From Thermoanaerobaculia bacterium (GTDB taxonomy: Bacteria > Acidobacteriota > Thermoanaerobaculia > UBA5066): a stretch of 64,000 nt of DNA. Under the pieces are notes generated by a model that saw only the letters and a program-made list of their open reading frames with translations, made no database searches and was not told the origin of the DNA. The translations under genes and the position numbers were made by a program. Shown piece after piece: positions 9,733 to 19,173 of the stretch. Location of the stretch: the NCBI GenBank assembly GCA_963816185.1, contig CAWFJJ010000001.1, forward strand, positions 1 to 64,000. Direction: 5' to 3'. The stretch's first letter is position 1. Every line of letters starts with the position of its first letter.

Positions 9733-10998
9733 ATGAAGCCCTGGCGAGTCGTGTTCGCCGCCGGGGCGCTCCTCCTGCTGCCACGCGGCCTTGTGGGACA
9801 GGAGTCGACAGGGGAGGGGCTCTCCGAGCGAAGTCTCCTCCCGCGAACCGAGATCGACCAGGCGATTGCCGAGAGCCGTTTCCGGCTAGGCCCCGTCTAT
9901 CTCTCGCCCGCGATCGCGATCCGGGAGGCGACGTACGACAACAACGTCTTCGGGACGAGCGAGAATCCGACAGGAGACTTTCGGACGACCGTTCTGGCGG
10001 GCGCCGGTCTCGTTCTTCCGGTCGGGAAGAACGTTTACTTCCGGGCGGGCGTGTTTCCGGAGTACACGTGGTACGCACACCTCGTGGAGCGGCGGTTCTT
10101 CGGAGGGAACTACGGCGGGGCAGTTCGCGTGTTCGCCAACAGGCTAACGCTGGATGCCTCCGGCGACTACTCGAAGGCCGATGTCCTCTTCTCGTCGGAG
10201 GTGCAGACGCGCGTGGTTCAGGAGCTCGGTGCCCTCCGGCTTGGCGCCGAGCTCAGAATTCTCAATCGTCTCTTCGTCTATGGGCAGGGGCAGGTCCAGC
10301 GCTTCCGATTTGTCGGAGCGGAAGACGAGGCCCTCGCTCCCTCGACGACGGACCGGACAGAACGGCTCCTTCGGGGCGAGATCCGCTATCGCTGGAGCGA
10401 CAACGTGCGCCTCGCGGTCGGCTACGACGAGACTCGAGCCGAGTTCGCCTCCCTGCCCCAGCAGCGCGACAACGTGACGAGGGCAGTGGTCGGAACCGTC
10501 TACTACGACCGCCGGAACCTCTTCCTCAACGTGTCGGGCGGCTATGCCGCGGAAAGACCGATTCACGATTCGACACTTCCTCTCTTTTCGGGGCTCATCG
10601 GCTCCGGTTCAGTCACGTACACCGTTCTCCGGCCACTCGATCTCCAGGCCTTTGCGGGACGGGGCGTGACCTACGGCGTGGGTACGCCGTACTACATCGC
10701 CGACCGTTACGGCGCCGGCGTGGTGATCAGGACCGGCTGGCGGGTCAGCATGAGGGGCTTCGGATCCCTGGGAACCGACGACTACTCCACGCCGTTCGCG
10801 GTGGCCGATGAAGGCCTCGTCCACCGGCGGGACAAGGTGAAGACCTACGGCGGCAGCCTCGATTTCTTCTTCACGTCGCGAGTCCAGGCGAGATTCGCCG
10901 CGACGAAGAGCCTGTACAATTCCAACGTGACGGGAAACGACCGCTCGTTCTTTCGCTGGTCGGTGTCGTTGTTGGTCGGAGGGAATCTCCTGAAATGA
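9733..10998 (+). CDS. Outer-membrane beta-barrel associated with polysaccharide export (EpsL/BBP2-like)
   Basis: Signal peptide, YDNNVF motif, alternating amphipathic beta strands, ATGA-coupled to the OPX gene. Confidence 0.7.
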   Translation: MKPWRVVFAAGALLLLPRGLVGQESTGEGLSERSLLPRTEIDQAIAESRFRLGPVYLSPAIAIREATYDNNVFGTSENPTGDFRTTVLAGAGLVLPVGKNVYFRAGVFPEYTWYAHLVERRFFGGNYGGAVRVFANRLTLDASGDYSKADVLFSSEVQTRVVQELGALRLGAELRILNRLFVYGQGQVQRFRFVGAEDEALAPSTTDRTERLLRGEIRYRWSDNVRLAVGYDETRAEFASLPQQRDNVTRAVVGTVYYDRRNLFLNVSGGYAAERPIHDSTLPLFSGLIGSGSVTYTVLRPLDLQAFAGRGVTYGVGTPYYIADRYGAGVVIRTGWRVSMRGFGSLGTDDYSTPFAVADEGLVHRRDKVKTYGGSLDFFFTSRVQARFAATKSLYNSNVTGNDRSFFRWSVSLLVGGNLLK

Positions 10999-11834
10999 AG
11001 TGCGGCCGCCCGAGTCTGGCGGTGCTTCTCGTCGCGATGCTCGCGCCGGCGGCCCTGCGTGCGCAGAACGTCAGCGGCGAGTATCGCGTCGGACCGAGGG
11101 ATCTTCTCGAGATCAAGGTGATCGAGGTCCCGGAGCTGAACGTCGAGCGACGCGTCTCCGATGGAGGCACGATCAGTCTTCCGATGGTCGGGGACTTCCC
11201 GGTGTCGGGACTCACGGCCGCCGAGGTTCGCAGCAGCCTCGAGACCCTTCTGAAGTCGAAGTACGTCAATCACGCGGATGTCTCGGTCGTGATCAAGGAG
11301 TTCGCCGCGAAACCGGTCTCCATCCTGGGCGCCGTTCAGCACCCGGGAGCCCTCAACATCTCGGGGCGCTGGTTTCTCCTGCAGGCCATTTCGGCGGCAG
11401 GAGGCCTCACGGAGGCCGCCGGACGAAAGATCTACATCCTGAGGAAAGGTGAGAACGGGCCGTCCCAGACGCTCGAGGTTCCAACCGAGGATCTGTTGCG
11501 CGGTGCGACGCAGACCTGGAACATACCCATCTATCCCGGGGACGTCGTCAACGTGCCGGCCCGGGGCACGGTCCGGATATTCTGCCTCGGCGAGGTCAAG
11601 ACGCCCGGAGCGATCGAGCTTTCCACCGACGACCGGATCACGCTCCTCTCCGTCCTCGCAAAAGCGGGCGGCCTGACGGACAAGGCTTCGAAGAAAATAC
11701 ACATCAAGCGCCGGGATGCCTCGGGGAAGGACGCGGAATACGTCTCCGACTACAAGCGCATTCTCGCGGGAAAGGATCCCGACCCGGTTCTGAAGGGCGA
11801 CGACGTCGTCGTCGTGCGAGAGTCCTTCTTCTAG
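10995..11834 (+). CDS. Polysaccharide export (OPX/Wza-like) protein, Poly_export + SLBB domains
   Basis: YRVGPRDLLEI, DGGTISLPMVG, two SLBB repeats (AISAAGGLT, VLAKAGGLT), ends DVVVVRESFF. Confidence 0.9.
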   Translation: MKCGRPSLAVLLVAMLAPAALRAQNVSGEYRVGPRDLLEIKVIEVPELNVERRVSDGGTISLPMVGDFPVSGLTAAEVRSSLETLLKSKYVNHADVSVVIKEFAAKPVSILGAVQHPGALNISGRWFLLQAISAAGGLTEAAGRKIYILRKGENGPSQTLEVPTEDLLRGATQTWNIPIYPGDVVNVPARGTVRIFCLGEVKTPGAIELSTDDRITLLSVLAKAGGLTDKASKKIHIKRRDASGKDAEYVSDYKRILAGKDPDPVLKGDDVVVVRESFF

Positions 11835-11870
11835 GCCGGTGCGTCCCGCCGGGTCGAAGCCGCCGCGGGC

Positions 11871-12635
11871 ATGATCGAGCTCCACTTCCACTGTCTCCCG
11901 CGCGTAGACGACGGACCTGCGTCGTGGGTCGAGGCCGTCGCGCTCTGCCGCGCCGCGGCGGCGGAAGGCACGACGCGGATCGTCGCGACGCCGCACGTTC
12001 TCCGGGGCCGCTGGGCGAACACGAATCCCGTCGTCCGGGACCGTCTCGTCCATGCTCTCAACGAGCGGCTTGGCGGCTCTCCGCGCATCCTGCCGGGCTG
12101 CGAGTACTACTTCTCGGACGAAGTGATTTCGCTCGCCAAGAAGGGTCCCGTGAGCCCCCTGACGGGGCTCGCGCGCGGCGCATACCTTCTGATCGAGTTC
12201 GGTCCTGGCCACGCTCCGCCCTCGATCGTGTCCGTGTTCCACGAGCTGAGGGTTCTCGGGGTCCATCCGATCGTCGCGCATCCGGAACGCAATCTCGTGT
12301 TCGCGCGGCAGCCGGAACGTCTGGTGGAGATCGCTGTTCGGGGCGCGCTCGTGCAGATCACAGCGGGAAGCCTTCTCGGCGACTTCGGAAAGACCGCACA
12401 GAAGGCGTGCGAGGATTTTTTCCGGCTCGGCCTTGTCCACGCGATCGCGTCCGACGCGCACTCCATGTCACAGCGGCCTCCGCGGATGGCCCCCGCTCGT
12501 GAGAGGGTCCGGAGGAAGTGGGGGGCCGACGCCGAGCGGGGCCTCTTCGTCGACAACCCCGAGGCCATCCTCGCGTCTCGCCCCGTCCCGTACGCGCCCC
12601 CGCCTCCGGCTGGCCAGCGGGCCCGCACGCCTTGA
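11871..12635 (+). CDS. PHP-family tyrosine-protein phosphatase (CpsB/CapC)
   Basis: LHFHCLPRVDDGP, IVATPH, PIVAHPERN, IASDAH. Confidence 0.92.
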   Translation: MIELHFHCLPRVDDGPASWVEAVALCRAAAAEGTTRIVATPHVLRGRWANTNPVVRDRLVHALNERLGGSPRILPGCEYYFSDEVISLAKKGPVSPLTGLARGAYLLIEFGPGHAPPSIVSVFHELRVLGVHPIVAHPERNLVFARQPERLVEIAVRGALVQITAGSLLGDFGKTAQKACEDFFRLGLVHAIASDAHSMSQRPPRMAPARERVRRKWGADAERGLFVDNPEAILASRPVPYAPPPPAGQRARTP

Positions 12636-12643
12636 GCTGATCC

Positions 12644-14224
12644 TCAATGGCTGGCCAGTGAGGTTGTCGGTACGATTTCAAAGAGAGAGAGGTTCCCGTC
12701 AGACCAGGCCAATCGGAGCCATTCGGGTCTTCGATGAGGATCGGTCCAGCTTGCCAACGCCGGACGGCTTCGGATCTCCTGGGATCCAATGACGAGAAAG
12801 GCGCTTCCGCTCGCCCGGATCCACCGATCCATTGCGCCCTCGGAATCGAAGTTCGGCAAGAAAACAGCCTTCTGACCGCAGACGAACGCCAGATGCGGCT
12901 TCCGGGACAGAATCGGCGCGTTGACGATCCCACGCTGGCGGAGGTAGTCGCAGGCGGCAAAAATCTCGCGAGGCTCGTCGGCATACGATCTCTTCAGCCG
13001 CCGGACAGAAGCCAGGGCCAAAGGGGCTGCGATCAGAAGCAGCGCCGAGACGAAAGCCACTTCGAGAGCTGCCTTGGTGAATGACATGCGCTCGGCGATC
13101 CAGGCGACAATCGCTCGAATCGCGAGCGCCGCAAATCCTGCATAAAGAGCCGTCACGAAAAGGTAGTACCTCGGCTCGAAATGGTTAAGCCCCATCAACA
13201 GAAGAAACAGAACGCCGGAAAGCAGGAGAACGATCATGCCCTTCGCCTTCCGCGACCTCAGGACGAGGAAGAGTCCCACGGTTGCGCAGACAGCGACTGG
13301 CAGGGGACGGAGGCTCTTGCGGATACTCAACGCCAGATTCACCGGATAGCGCGTCGCGATCCGAATGGGATCGTAAAGGATTACGTCGCCGAAAGAGCGG
13401 AACCGGGAACGGATCTTGTCCAGGCCGTCTCTGTTTGGTGCAGCACTGAAATCCTGTCCATAGAATTCTTGCGCGATGTTGAGATAGTTCTCGTTGTAGA
13501 GGGCGGCACCCCGATGCCGCTGGTTGGCGTAGAGCCAGGGTGCGGTAACGGTCAGGAAGATCGCCCCTGAAAGCGCTAGTAAACGCAGCCGCTGGGACCA
13601 GGTCTTTGCAAACAGGTCAACGGGAAGGATCGCCAGCACGAAGGTCGCTACGAGAAAGACGCCATTGTAACGAGTCAGAAAGGCGAGCCCGGCCAGGGCC
13701 GCGCTGCCGGCAACTCTCAGGGCTGGTGTCAGTCGCGTTGTCAGGAAAACCACGATGGCAGCCAGGCAGACCATGAGGAACGGCATGTCGGTGACGGGCT
13801 CGGTGGCAAGCGTGGAGAAGACGGCACCCGAGAGCAGCAGCACCTGTGCGCCGAGCCCCACCGCATCGCCGCACAGCTCGCGGAAGAGTGCGAAAGCGAA
13901 GAGACCGGCAAGGGCCGCGCTGATCACCGAGATCCACTTGCCGGCGGTGAAGAGATCGCCGGTAACAGGCCAGAGGAGGGCAAGGGCCGTTGCGTATCCG
14001 GGACCTTGGAAGACGGAGTCCGGGAAAAGCCCGGCGGCCACACGCATCGCATCAGGTGCGTAGGCGCCGTAGAAATCCCCGTCGCGATAGTTGCAAATCC
14101 TATGGAGGGACGCGAGATGCGCGAAAGCAGCAAGCGACCCGACGAAGACCAGGAGAGCGAGACTCCAAGAAACAGCGAACCCTTGCGGGGACGCCTTTGC
14201 GCGGGGTGATCCGAGAGCGGTCAT
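12644..14224 (-). CDS. Polytopic membrane glycosyltransferase (GT-C fold, family 39-like)
   Basis: DGDFYGAY, GPGY, TDMPF, LAFLTRYNG, EPRY motifs; about 11 hydrophobic segments; codon usage visibly less GC3-biased than neighbours. Confidence 0.7.
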   Translation of the reverse strand: MTALGSPRAKASPQGFAVSWSLALLVFVGSLAAFAHLASLHRICNYRDGDFYGAYAPDAMRVAAGLFPDSVFQGPGYATALALLWPVTGDLFTAGKWISVISAALAGLFAFALFRELCGDAVGLGAQVLLLSGAVFSTLATEPVTDMPFLMVCLAAIVVFLTTRLTPALRVAGSAALAGLAFLTRYNGVFLVATFVLAILPVDLFAKTWSQRLRLLALSGAIFLTVTAPWLYANQRHRGAALYNENYLNIAQEFYGQDFSAAPNRDGLDKIRSRFRSFGDVILYDPIRIATRYPVNLALSIRKSLRPLPVAVCATVGLFLVLRSRKAKGMIVLLLSGVLFLLLMGLNHFEPRYYLFVTALYAGFAALAIRAIVAWIAERMSFTKAALEVAFVSALLLIAAPLALASVRRLKRSYADEPREIFAACDYLRQRGIVNAPILSRKPHLAFVCGQKAVFLPNFDSEGAMDRWIRASGSAFLVIGSQEIRSRPALASWTDPHRRPEWLRLAWSDGNLSLFEIVPTTSLASH

Positions 14225-14278
14225 GATGGCCAGGTTTGATGCTCGTCGTCGTGACCGCGCGGTGCGGTCTTATTCGGG

Positions 14279-16234
14279 CTAGTCCTCGAGGTACGTGTAC
14301 TGCGAGAGGACCTGCTCGAAGTCCTTCGCGATCGCCTTGGCCTCGGGCTCCTTGACCTTCTTGCGCTCCGTGGCACGCCGCAGCTGGCGCCAGATGCCGT
14401 CCAGGAGCTCGTCGCGGTCGTAGTTCATGTAGGAAAGGACCCGCTCGCACGACTCGCCGGGAAGGACGTCCTGGATGCGCGTGCGGCCGTCCTCGTCCAC
14501 GCTCGCGAGCACCTCGTGCGCCTCGCCGAAGAGGTTGTGGAGGTCGCCGAGAACGTCCTGGTAAGCCCCGACGAGACAGAAGCCGATGTAATAGGGCGTG
14601 CCCTTGCGGAATTCGTGGAGAGGCAGCGCTTCCTTGATGTCCCTGAGGTCGATGAACTTCTCGATCTTGCCGTCCGAGTCGCACGTGATGTCGGCGAGCG
14701 TCCCGTGCTCGGTGGGCCGCTCGCGCAGCCGGTGGATCGGGAGGATCGGGAAGAGCTGGTCGATCGCCCACACGTCCGGGAGGGACTGGAAGACCGACAT
14801 GTTCATGACGTACTTGTCGGCCAGCATGACCTCGAGCTGCTCGAACTCCTCGGGGATGTCCTTGAGCGTGTGGAGATGCCGCCTGATCCGTTCGCAGATG
14901 TTCCAGTAGAGGATCTCGCCCTTGCTCCGATCCTCGAGCGAGACGTAGCCGAGGTTGAAGAGCGTGAAGAGCTCCTCCTTGTACTGGAGCGCGTCGTGGT
15001 AGCTCTCGCGCATGGTCTTCGCGGTGATGCCTTGCCAGACGTCGTACATCTCGCGCACGACGTGGTTCTCGTCGCCGTCGAGCTTCACGGTGCGCCCCTG
15101 CTCGATGCGGTCCGCCACGTCGAGGACGTTCGTCACGAGGACCGAGTGATATGCCGTGAGCGCGCGCCCGGATTCCGTGACGAGCGTCGGGACCGGGACC
15201 TTCTCCTCGTCGCAGATCGTCTTGATCGTGTAGACGATGTCGTTCGCGTACTCCTGCACCGTGTAGTTCATCGAGGAGTCGAACGCCGTCTTGCTGCCGT
15301 CGTAGTCCACGCCGAGCCCGCCGCCGAGGTTCAGGAACTTCACCTCCACGCCCGACCGGTAGAGCTTCGAGTAGACGCGGCCCGCCTCCTTGACCGCGTT
15401 CTTGACCTTGCGGATGTCCGTGATCTGCGAGCCGATGTGAAAGTGGAGCATGACGAGGCTGTCGAGCATCTTCCGGTGGCGGAGGATCTCGACGGCCTCG
15501 AGCATCTCGGTCGTCGTGAGGCCGAATTTCGCGGCCTCGCCGCCCGACTTCGCCCACTTGCCCGAGCCGCGCGCATAGAGCTTGCTGCGCATCCCGATCA
15601 GGGGTTTCACACCGCGCTTCTTGGCGACATCGAGGATGCGCTCGAGCTCGGAGACCTTCTCGAGGATGAGGACCACGGTCTTGCCCATCCGGATGCCGTT
15701 CAGCGCGAGCCGGATGAACGCCTCGTCCTTGTAGCCGTTCGTCGTGATGAGGCAGTCGGAGCCGAGGTCCTGCGAGAGGGCCGCGAGAAGCTCGGGCTTG
15801 CTCCCAGCCTCGAGGCCGTATCCGTACTTGCGGCCGGACTGGATGATCTCCTTCACGACGACCTTCTTCTGGTTCACCTTGATCGGGAACACCCCGCGGA
15901 AGACGCCGTCGTATTCGTACTCCTTGATCGCGTGAAGAAAGGCCTCGTTGAGCTCCTTCACGGCGGCGTCGAGGATCTGCGGGAACCTGATCACGACCGG
16001 CGTCGAGATACCGCGCAGCGCGACGTCGTCGATGACGGCTTTCAGGTCCACGAAGCGGTGGCTCTCGCGAGTCGGGTGGACGAGGAGATTTCCGTCGTCC
16101 GAGACGGAGAAGAAGCCCTTGCTCCAGTTCTCGATGCCGTAGAGCTTCTCGGCCTCGGCGAACTTCTCGGGAGCGCGGACGCGGGAAGGTTTCGGGGCCC
16201 TCGAGCCCCGGGAGATTGCGGCGTTGCTGGACAT
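14279..16234 (-). CDS. speA: Biosynthetic arginine decarboxylase
   Basis: FPIKVNQ (PLP Lys), GLEAGSKPEL, NGYKD, HFHIGSQ, GGGLGVDYDGS, ESGRA, FQSLPDVWAIDQLFP, DITCDSDG, GAYQDVLGDLHNLFG. Confidence 0.96.
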   Translation of the reverse strand: MSSNAAISRGSRAPKPSRVRAPEKFAEAEKLYGIENWSKGFFSVSDDGNLLVHPTRESHRFVDLKAVIDDVALRGISTPVVIRFPQILDAAVKELNEAFLHAIKEYEYDGVFRGVFPIKVNQKKVVVKEIIQSGRKYGYGLEAGSKPELLAALSQDLGSDCLITTNGYKDEAFIRLALNGIRMGKTVVLILEKVSELERILDVAKKRGVKPLIGMRSKLYARGSGKWAKSGGEAAKFGLTTTEMLEAVEILRHRKMLDSLVMLHFHIGSQITDIRKVKNAVKEAGRVYSKLYRSGVEVKFLNLGGGLGVDYDGSKTAFDSSMNYTVQEYANDIVYTIKTICDEEKVPVPTLVTESGRALTAYHSVLVTNVLDVADRIEQGRTVKLDGDENHVVREMYDVWQGITAKTMRESYHDALQYKEELFTLFNLGYVSLEDRSKGEILYWNICERIRRHLHTLKDIPEEFEQLEVMLADKYVMNMSVFQSLPDVWAIDQLFPILPIHRLRERPTEHGTLADITCDSDGKIEKFIDLRDIKEALPLHEFRKGTPYYIGFCLVGAYQDVLGDLHNLFGEAHEVLASVDEDGRTRIQDVLPGESCERVLSYMNYDRDELLDGIWRQLRRATERKKVKEPEAKAIAKDFEQVLSQYTYLED

Positions 16235-16298
16235 CGCGCGAATCTTACGCAGGGAAGGCGGGATGGTGTCGAAAATTTCGGCGGTAGGATGACCCCTC

Positions 16299-17675
16299 GT
16301 GAAGGTGCCCGTCCACGTCCTTTCCGGGTTCCTCGGAGCCGGGAAGACGACCGCCGTGAAAGATCTCCTCGGCCGCCGGGCGGACCGCGAAAGGATCGCG
16401 GTCGTCGTGAACGAGTTCGGGACGCTCGGGGTGGACGGGGCGCTTCTGTCGGACTGCGCGAGCTGCATCCTCCGGGAGGTGCCGGGCGGCTGCGTGTGCT
16501 GCACCGCGATGGCCGATCTCGAGGCCTCGCTCGAGGAGGTGTCGGACCTCGTGGCGCCCACCCGCTTCGTCCTCGAGCCGACGGGGCTCGCGAGGCCGTC
16601 CGAGCTCGTCGACCTCCTCCGAGGCCCGCGCTGGGCCTCCAGGTTCGACGTGAGGCCGGTGATCACGATTCTCGATCCGCAGCAAGACGTGGAAGCCGCT
16701 TGGCGCGAGAGCGCCCTCTTTCGGGACCAGATCGAGACGGCAGACGTCCTCGTCATCAACCGGTGTGATCTGGCTTCGGAGCAAGAGATTCTTCGAGTGG
16801 AAGAGTTCGCCCGTGCTCTGGCGCCGCCGAAGCTCCGGGTCGTCCGGGCGGAGCACGGAGTGCTCGCGGACGAAATCTGGGACCTCGAGCGACCGGAGGC
16901 GGGGCGGGCGCCGACGCTCCTCGCAGCGAGCGCCTCGCATCCGCACTCTCATGGAGATTTCTTAGAAGGGCATGAGGGAAAGGGCATCGGGTACCCACCG
17001 GAGCGGGTTTTCGACGCCGATCGACTCCTTCGAGCTCTCGAAGAGCTGCGAGACGGCAAGGTGACCCGAGGGCGCGTCGCGCGCGCGAAGGGGCTCTTTC
17101 ACACGACCGCCGGCTGGCGCGTCCATGACATCGCGGGCGGCCGGCTTTCGACGGCGGAGACTTCCTGGCGGCGGGACAGCCGGGTGGACGTCATCCTCAA
17201 GGATCCGAAAGAGAAAGATTTCTTCGAATGGGAAAATGCGCTGGCGGATTCGCTCGTGCCCGCCGATGCACCGCTTCTGATGCTGGAAGACGGCGCCGGC
17301 GCGATGCGCGCATACGACCCCAGGGGGTTCGAGGCGCTCGCCCAGCACCTTTCTAAGAAATCTCCTCCTCTTTCCCCGTCGGCTTCCCGAGTTGCGGCCT
17401 TCCGGCTCGGAGACGTTCTTTCCCACTCGGGCGTCAACCGTGAAGCGGACTGGATGTGGCTCGTGATGGACTCCGGCCTCTTCGGCGTCGGCGGGCCGCG
17501 CCACGTCCTCGAAAACGGCATCGTGTTCGCGGAAGCCGAGGGCTTCCGCTTCGTCCTGCCGGACGAGGCCGCGCGGGGCGCCGAGGACGAGGTGGACGCG
17601 TGCCGCGACCTCGCGAATGTCTGCGGCGTGCGCCTCGCGGAGGCGCCTGGAGCAGCCGAGGGGACCCCGGCGTGA
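16299..17675 (+). CDS. CobW/COG0523 metal-chaperone GTPase with additional C-terminal domain
   Basis: SGFLGAGKTT, VNEFG, GCVCC, EPTGLA, INRCD, RAKGLF (CobW_C); extra ~135 aa tail. Confidence 0.88.
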   Translation: MKVPVHVLSGFLGAGKTTAVKDLLGRRADRERIAVVVNEFGTLGVDGALLSDCASCILREVPGGCVCCTAMADLEASLEEVSDLVAPTRFVLEPTGLARPSELVDLLRGPRWASRFDVRPVITILDPQQDVEAAWRESALFRDQIETADVLVINRCDLASEQEILRVEEFARALAPPKLRVVRAEHGVLADEIWDLERPEAGRAPTLLAASASHPHSHGDFLEGHEGKGIGYPPERVFDADRLLRALEELRDGKVTRGRVARAKGLFHTTAGWRVHDIAGGRLSTAETSWRRDSRVDVILKDPKEKDFFEWENALADSLVPADAPLLMLEDGAGAMRAYDPRGFEALAQHLSKKSPPLSPSASRVAAFRLGDVLSHSGVNREADWMWLVMDSGLFGVGGPRHVLENGIVFAEAEGFRFVLPDEAARGAEDEVDACRDLANVCGVRLAEAPGAAEGTPA

Positions 17676-18796
17676 CGGCGAAGCGCGGGCGGCGTACGCC
17701 TCGCGGAAGTGCCGGAGGCGGTTCGAGCCCCGGCGTGGCCGCGAAGTCCGGGTTGCTCCTCTACGGTGCGAACGGCTACACGGGGAGGCTCATCCTCGAC
17801 GTGGCGCTCCGCGAGGGGCTACGGCCCGTCCTGGCGGGTCGCCGCGCGGATGCCGTCGAGCCGATCGCGAAGGCCCACTCTCTCCAGAGCCTGTGCTTTT
17901 CGCTGGCCGACCCAGCGACCGTGTCGCGTCTCCTCGAGCCCTTCTCGGCCCTGCTCCTCGCGGCGGGGCCGTTCTCGAAGACCAGTGCCCTCGCGCTCGA
18001 GGGCTGCCTGCGGGCGAAGACCGCGTATCTCGACATCACGGGCGAGGTGGACGTCTTCGAATCGGCCTTTGCACGCGACGCGGATGCGAAGACAGCGGGA
18101 ATCGCGGTGCTCCCCGGAACCGGCTTCGACGTCGTGCCTTCGGACTGCCTCGCGAAGGCCCTGTCCGAGGCGCTGCCCGGCGCGACGTCGCTCGTTCTCG
18201 CGTTTCGCGGCTTCAAGACGAGCGCGGGCACGATGAAGACGATGGTCGAGAGCATCCCGAAGGGAGGGCTCGCCCGCGTGGACGGCTCTCTCGTGCGCGT
18301 GCCCGCTGCCCAGAAGACGATGGAGGTCCCGTTTCCCGACAAGCCGCGGCTCGCGATGACGATCCCGTGGGGCGATCTCTCGACCGCGTTTCGCTCGACG
18401 GGGATTCCGAACATCGAGGTCTACATGGCGGTCCCGCCCTCGGCGGTTTCGAGCGCGCGGCGGATGCGCCGGTTCGCGCCGCTTCTGGGTCTGTCCTTCG
18501 TTCAGTCGTTCCTCATGCGGCGCATCGAGAGGCGCGTCGTGGGCCCGACGGCGGAGGAGCGCGCGCGTGAGCGCTCCTTCCTGTGGGGACGTGTCACGAA
18601 CGGCGATCGATCCGCCACCGGCACGCTCGAAACGCTCGAGGGCTACGCGCTCACGGCCGAGACGAGCGTGGCGATCGCGAAACGCGTCCTCTCGGGCGAC
18701 GTCGCGCCCGGCGTTCACACGCCGTCGCAGGCCTTCGGCTCCCGCTTCATCGAGACGATTCCGGGGACGACACTGAAGGTCGGCAGCGCCGCCTGA
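17672..18796 (+). CDS. Saccharopine dehydrogenase-like oxidoreductase
   Basis: LYGANGYTG, AGPF, YLDITGE, GFDVVPSD, IPWGD; GTGA overlap with cobW. Confidence 0.9.
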   Translation: MTAKRGRRTPRGSAGGGSSPGVAAKSGLLLYGANGYTGRLILDVALREGLRPVLAGRRADAVEPIAKAHSLQSLCFSLADPATVSRLLEPFSALLLAAGPFSKTSALALEGCLRAKTAYLDITGEVDVFESAFARDADAKTAGIAVLPGTGFDVVPSDCLAKALSEALPGATSLVLAFRGFKTSAGTMKTMVESIPKGGLARVDGSLVRVPAAQKTMEVPFPDKPRLAMTIPWGDLSTAFRSTGIPNIEVYMAVPPSAVSSARRMRRFAPLLGLSFVQSFLMRRIERRVVGPTAEERARERSFLWGRVTNGDRSATGTLETLEGYALTAETSVAIAKRVLSGDVAPGVHTPSQAFGSRFIETIPGTTLKVGSAA

Positions 18797-18882
18797 AACC
18801 GCGCCTCGGCCTGGATGCGTGCCCCGATCTTGCATGCCCTTGTATTTTCTGGGCCGACATCGCCCGGCCCGAGGAGGAATCC

Positions 18883-19173
18883 ATGAATTCGTCCGCCCGA
18901 CTGCTCGCCGCTTTCGCCATCCTGTCCGCGCTTCCGCTGGTCGCCCAGGCGCCGGCCAAGTCCTGCACGGACACGATCCCGAAGGGATGCACGAAGGTGA
19001 CGTTCCTGGGGGAAGACCACAACTGCGCGTGCTTCGTCTGCAACCCCGGCACGAAGGAGCGAAAGGTCGTGTGCACGAACGACGATGCGACGAAGAAAGC
19101 GCTCTACAAGCTGCGCGACGAGTCCGCCGGCGAGAAACCCGGCGCAGAAGCGCCGAAAGGGGCTTCCCGGTGA
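18883..19173 (+). CDS. Small secreted cysteine-rich hypothetical protein (96 aa)
   Basis: Strong RBS GAGGAGGA, signal peptide ending AQA, six Cys, high-GC3 codon usage. Confidence 0.75.
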   Translation: MNSSARLLAAFAILSALPLVAQAPAKSCTDTIPKGCTKVTFLGEDHNCACFVCNPGTKERKVVCTNDDATKKALYKLRDESAGEKPGAEAPKGASR

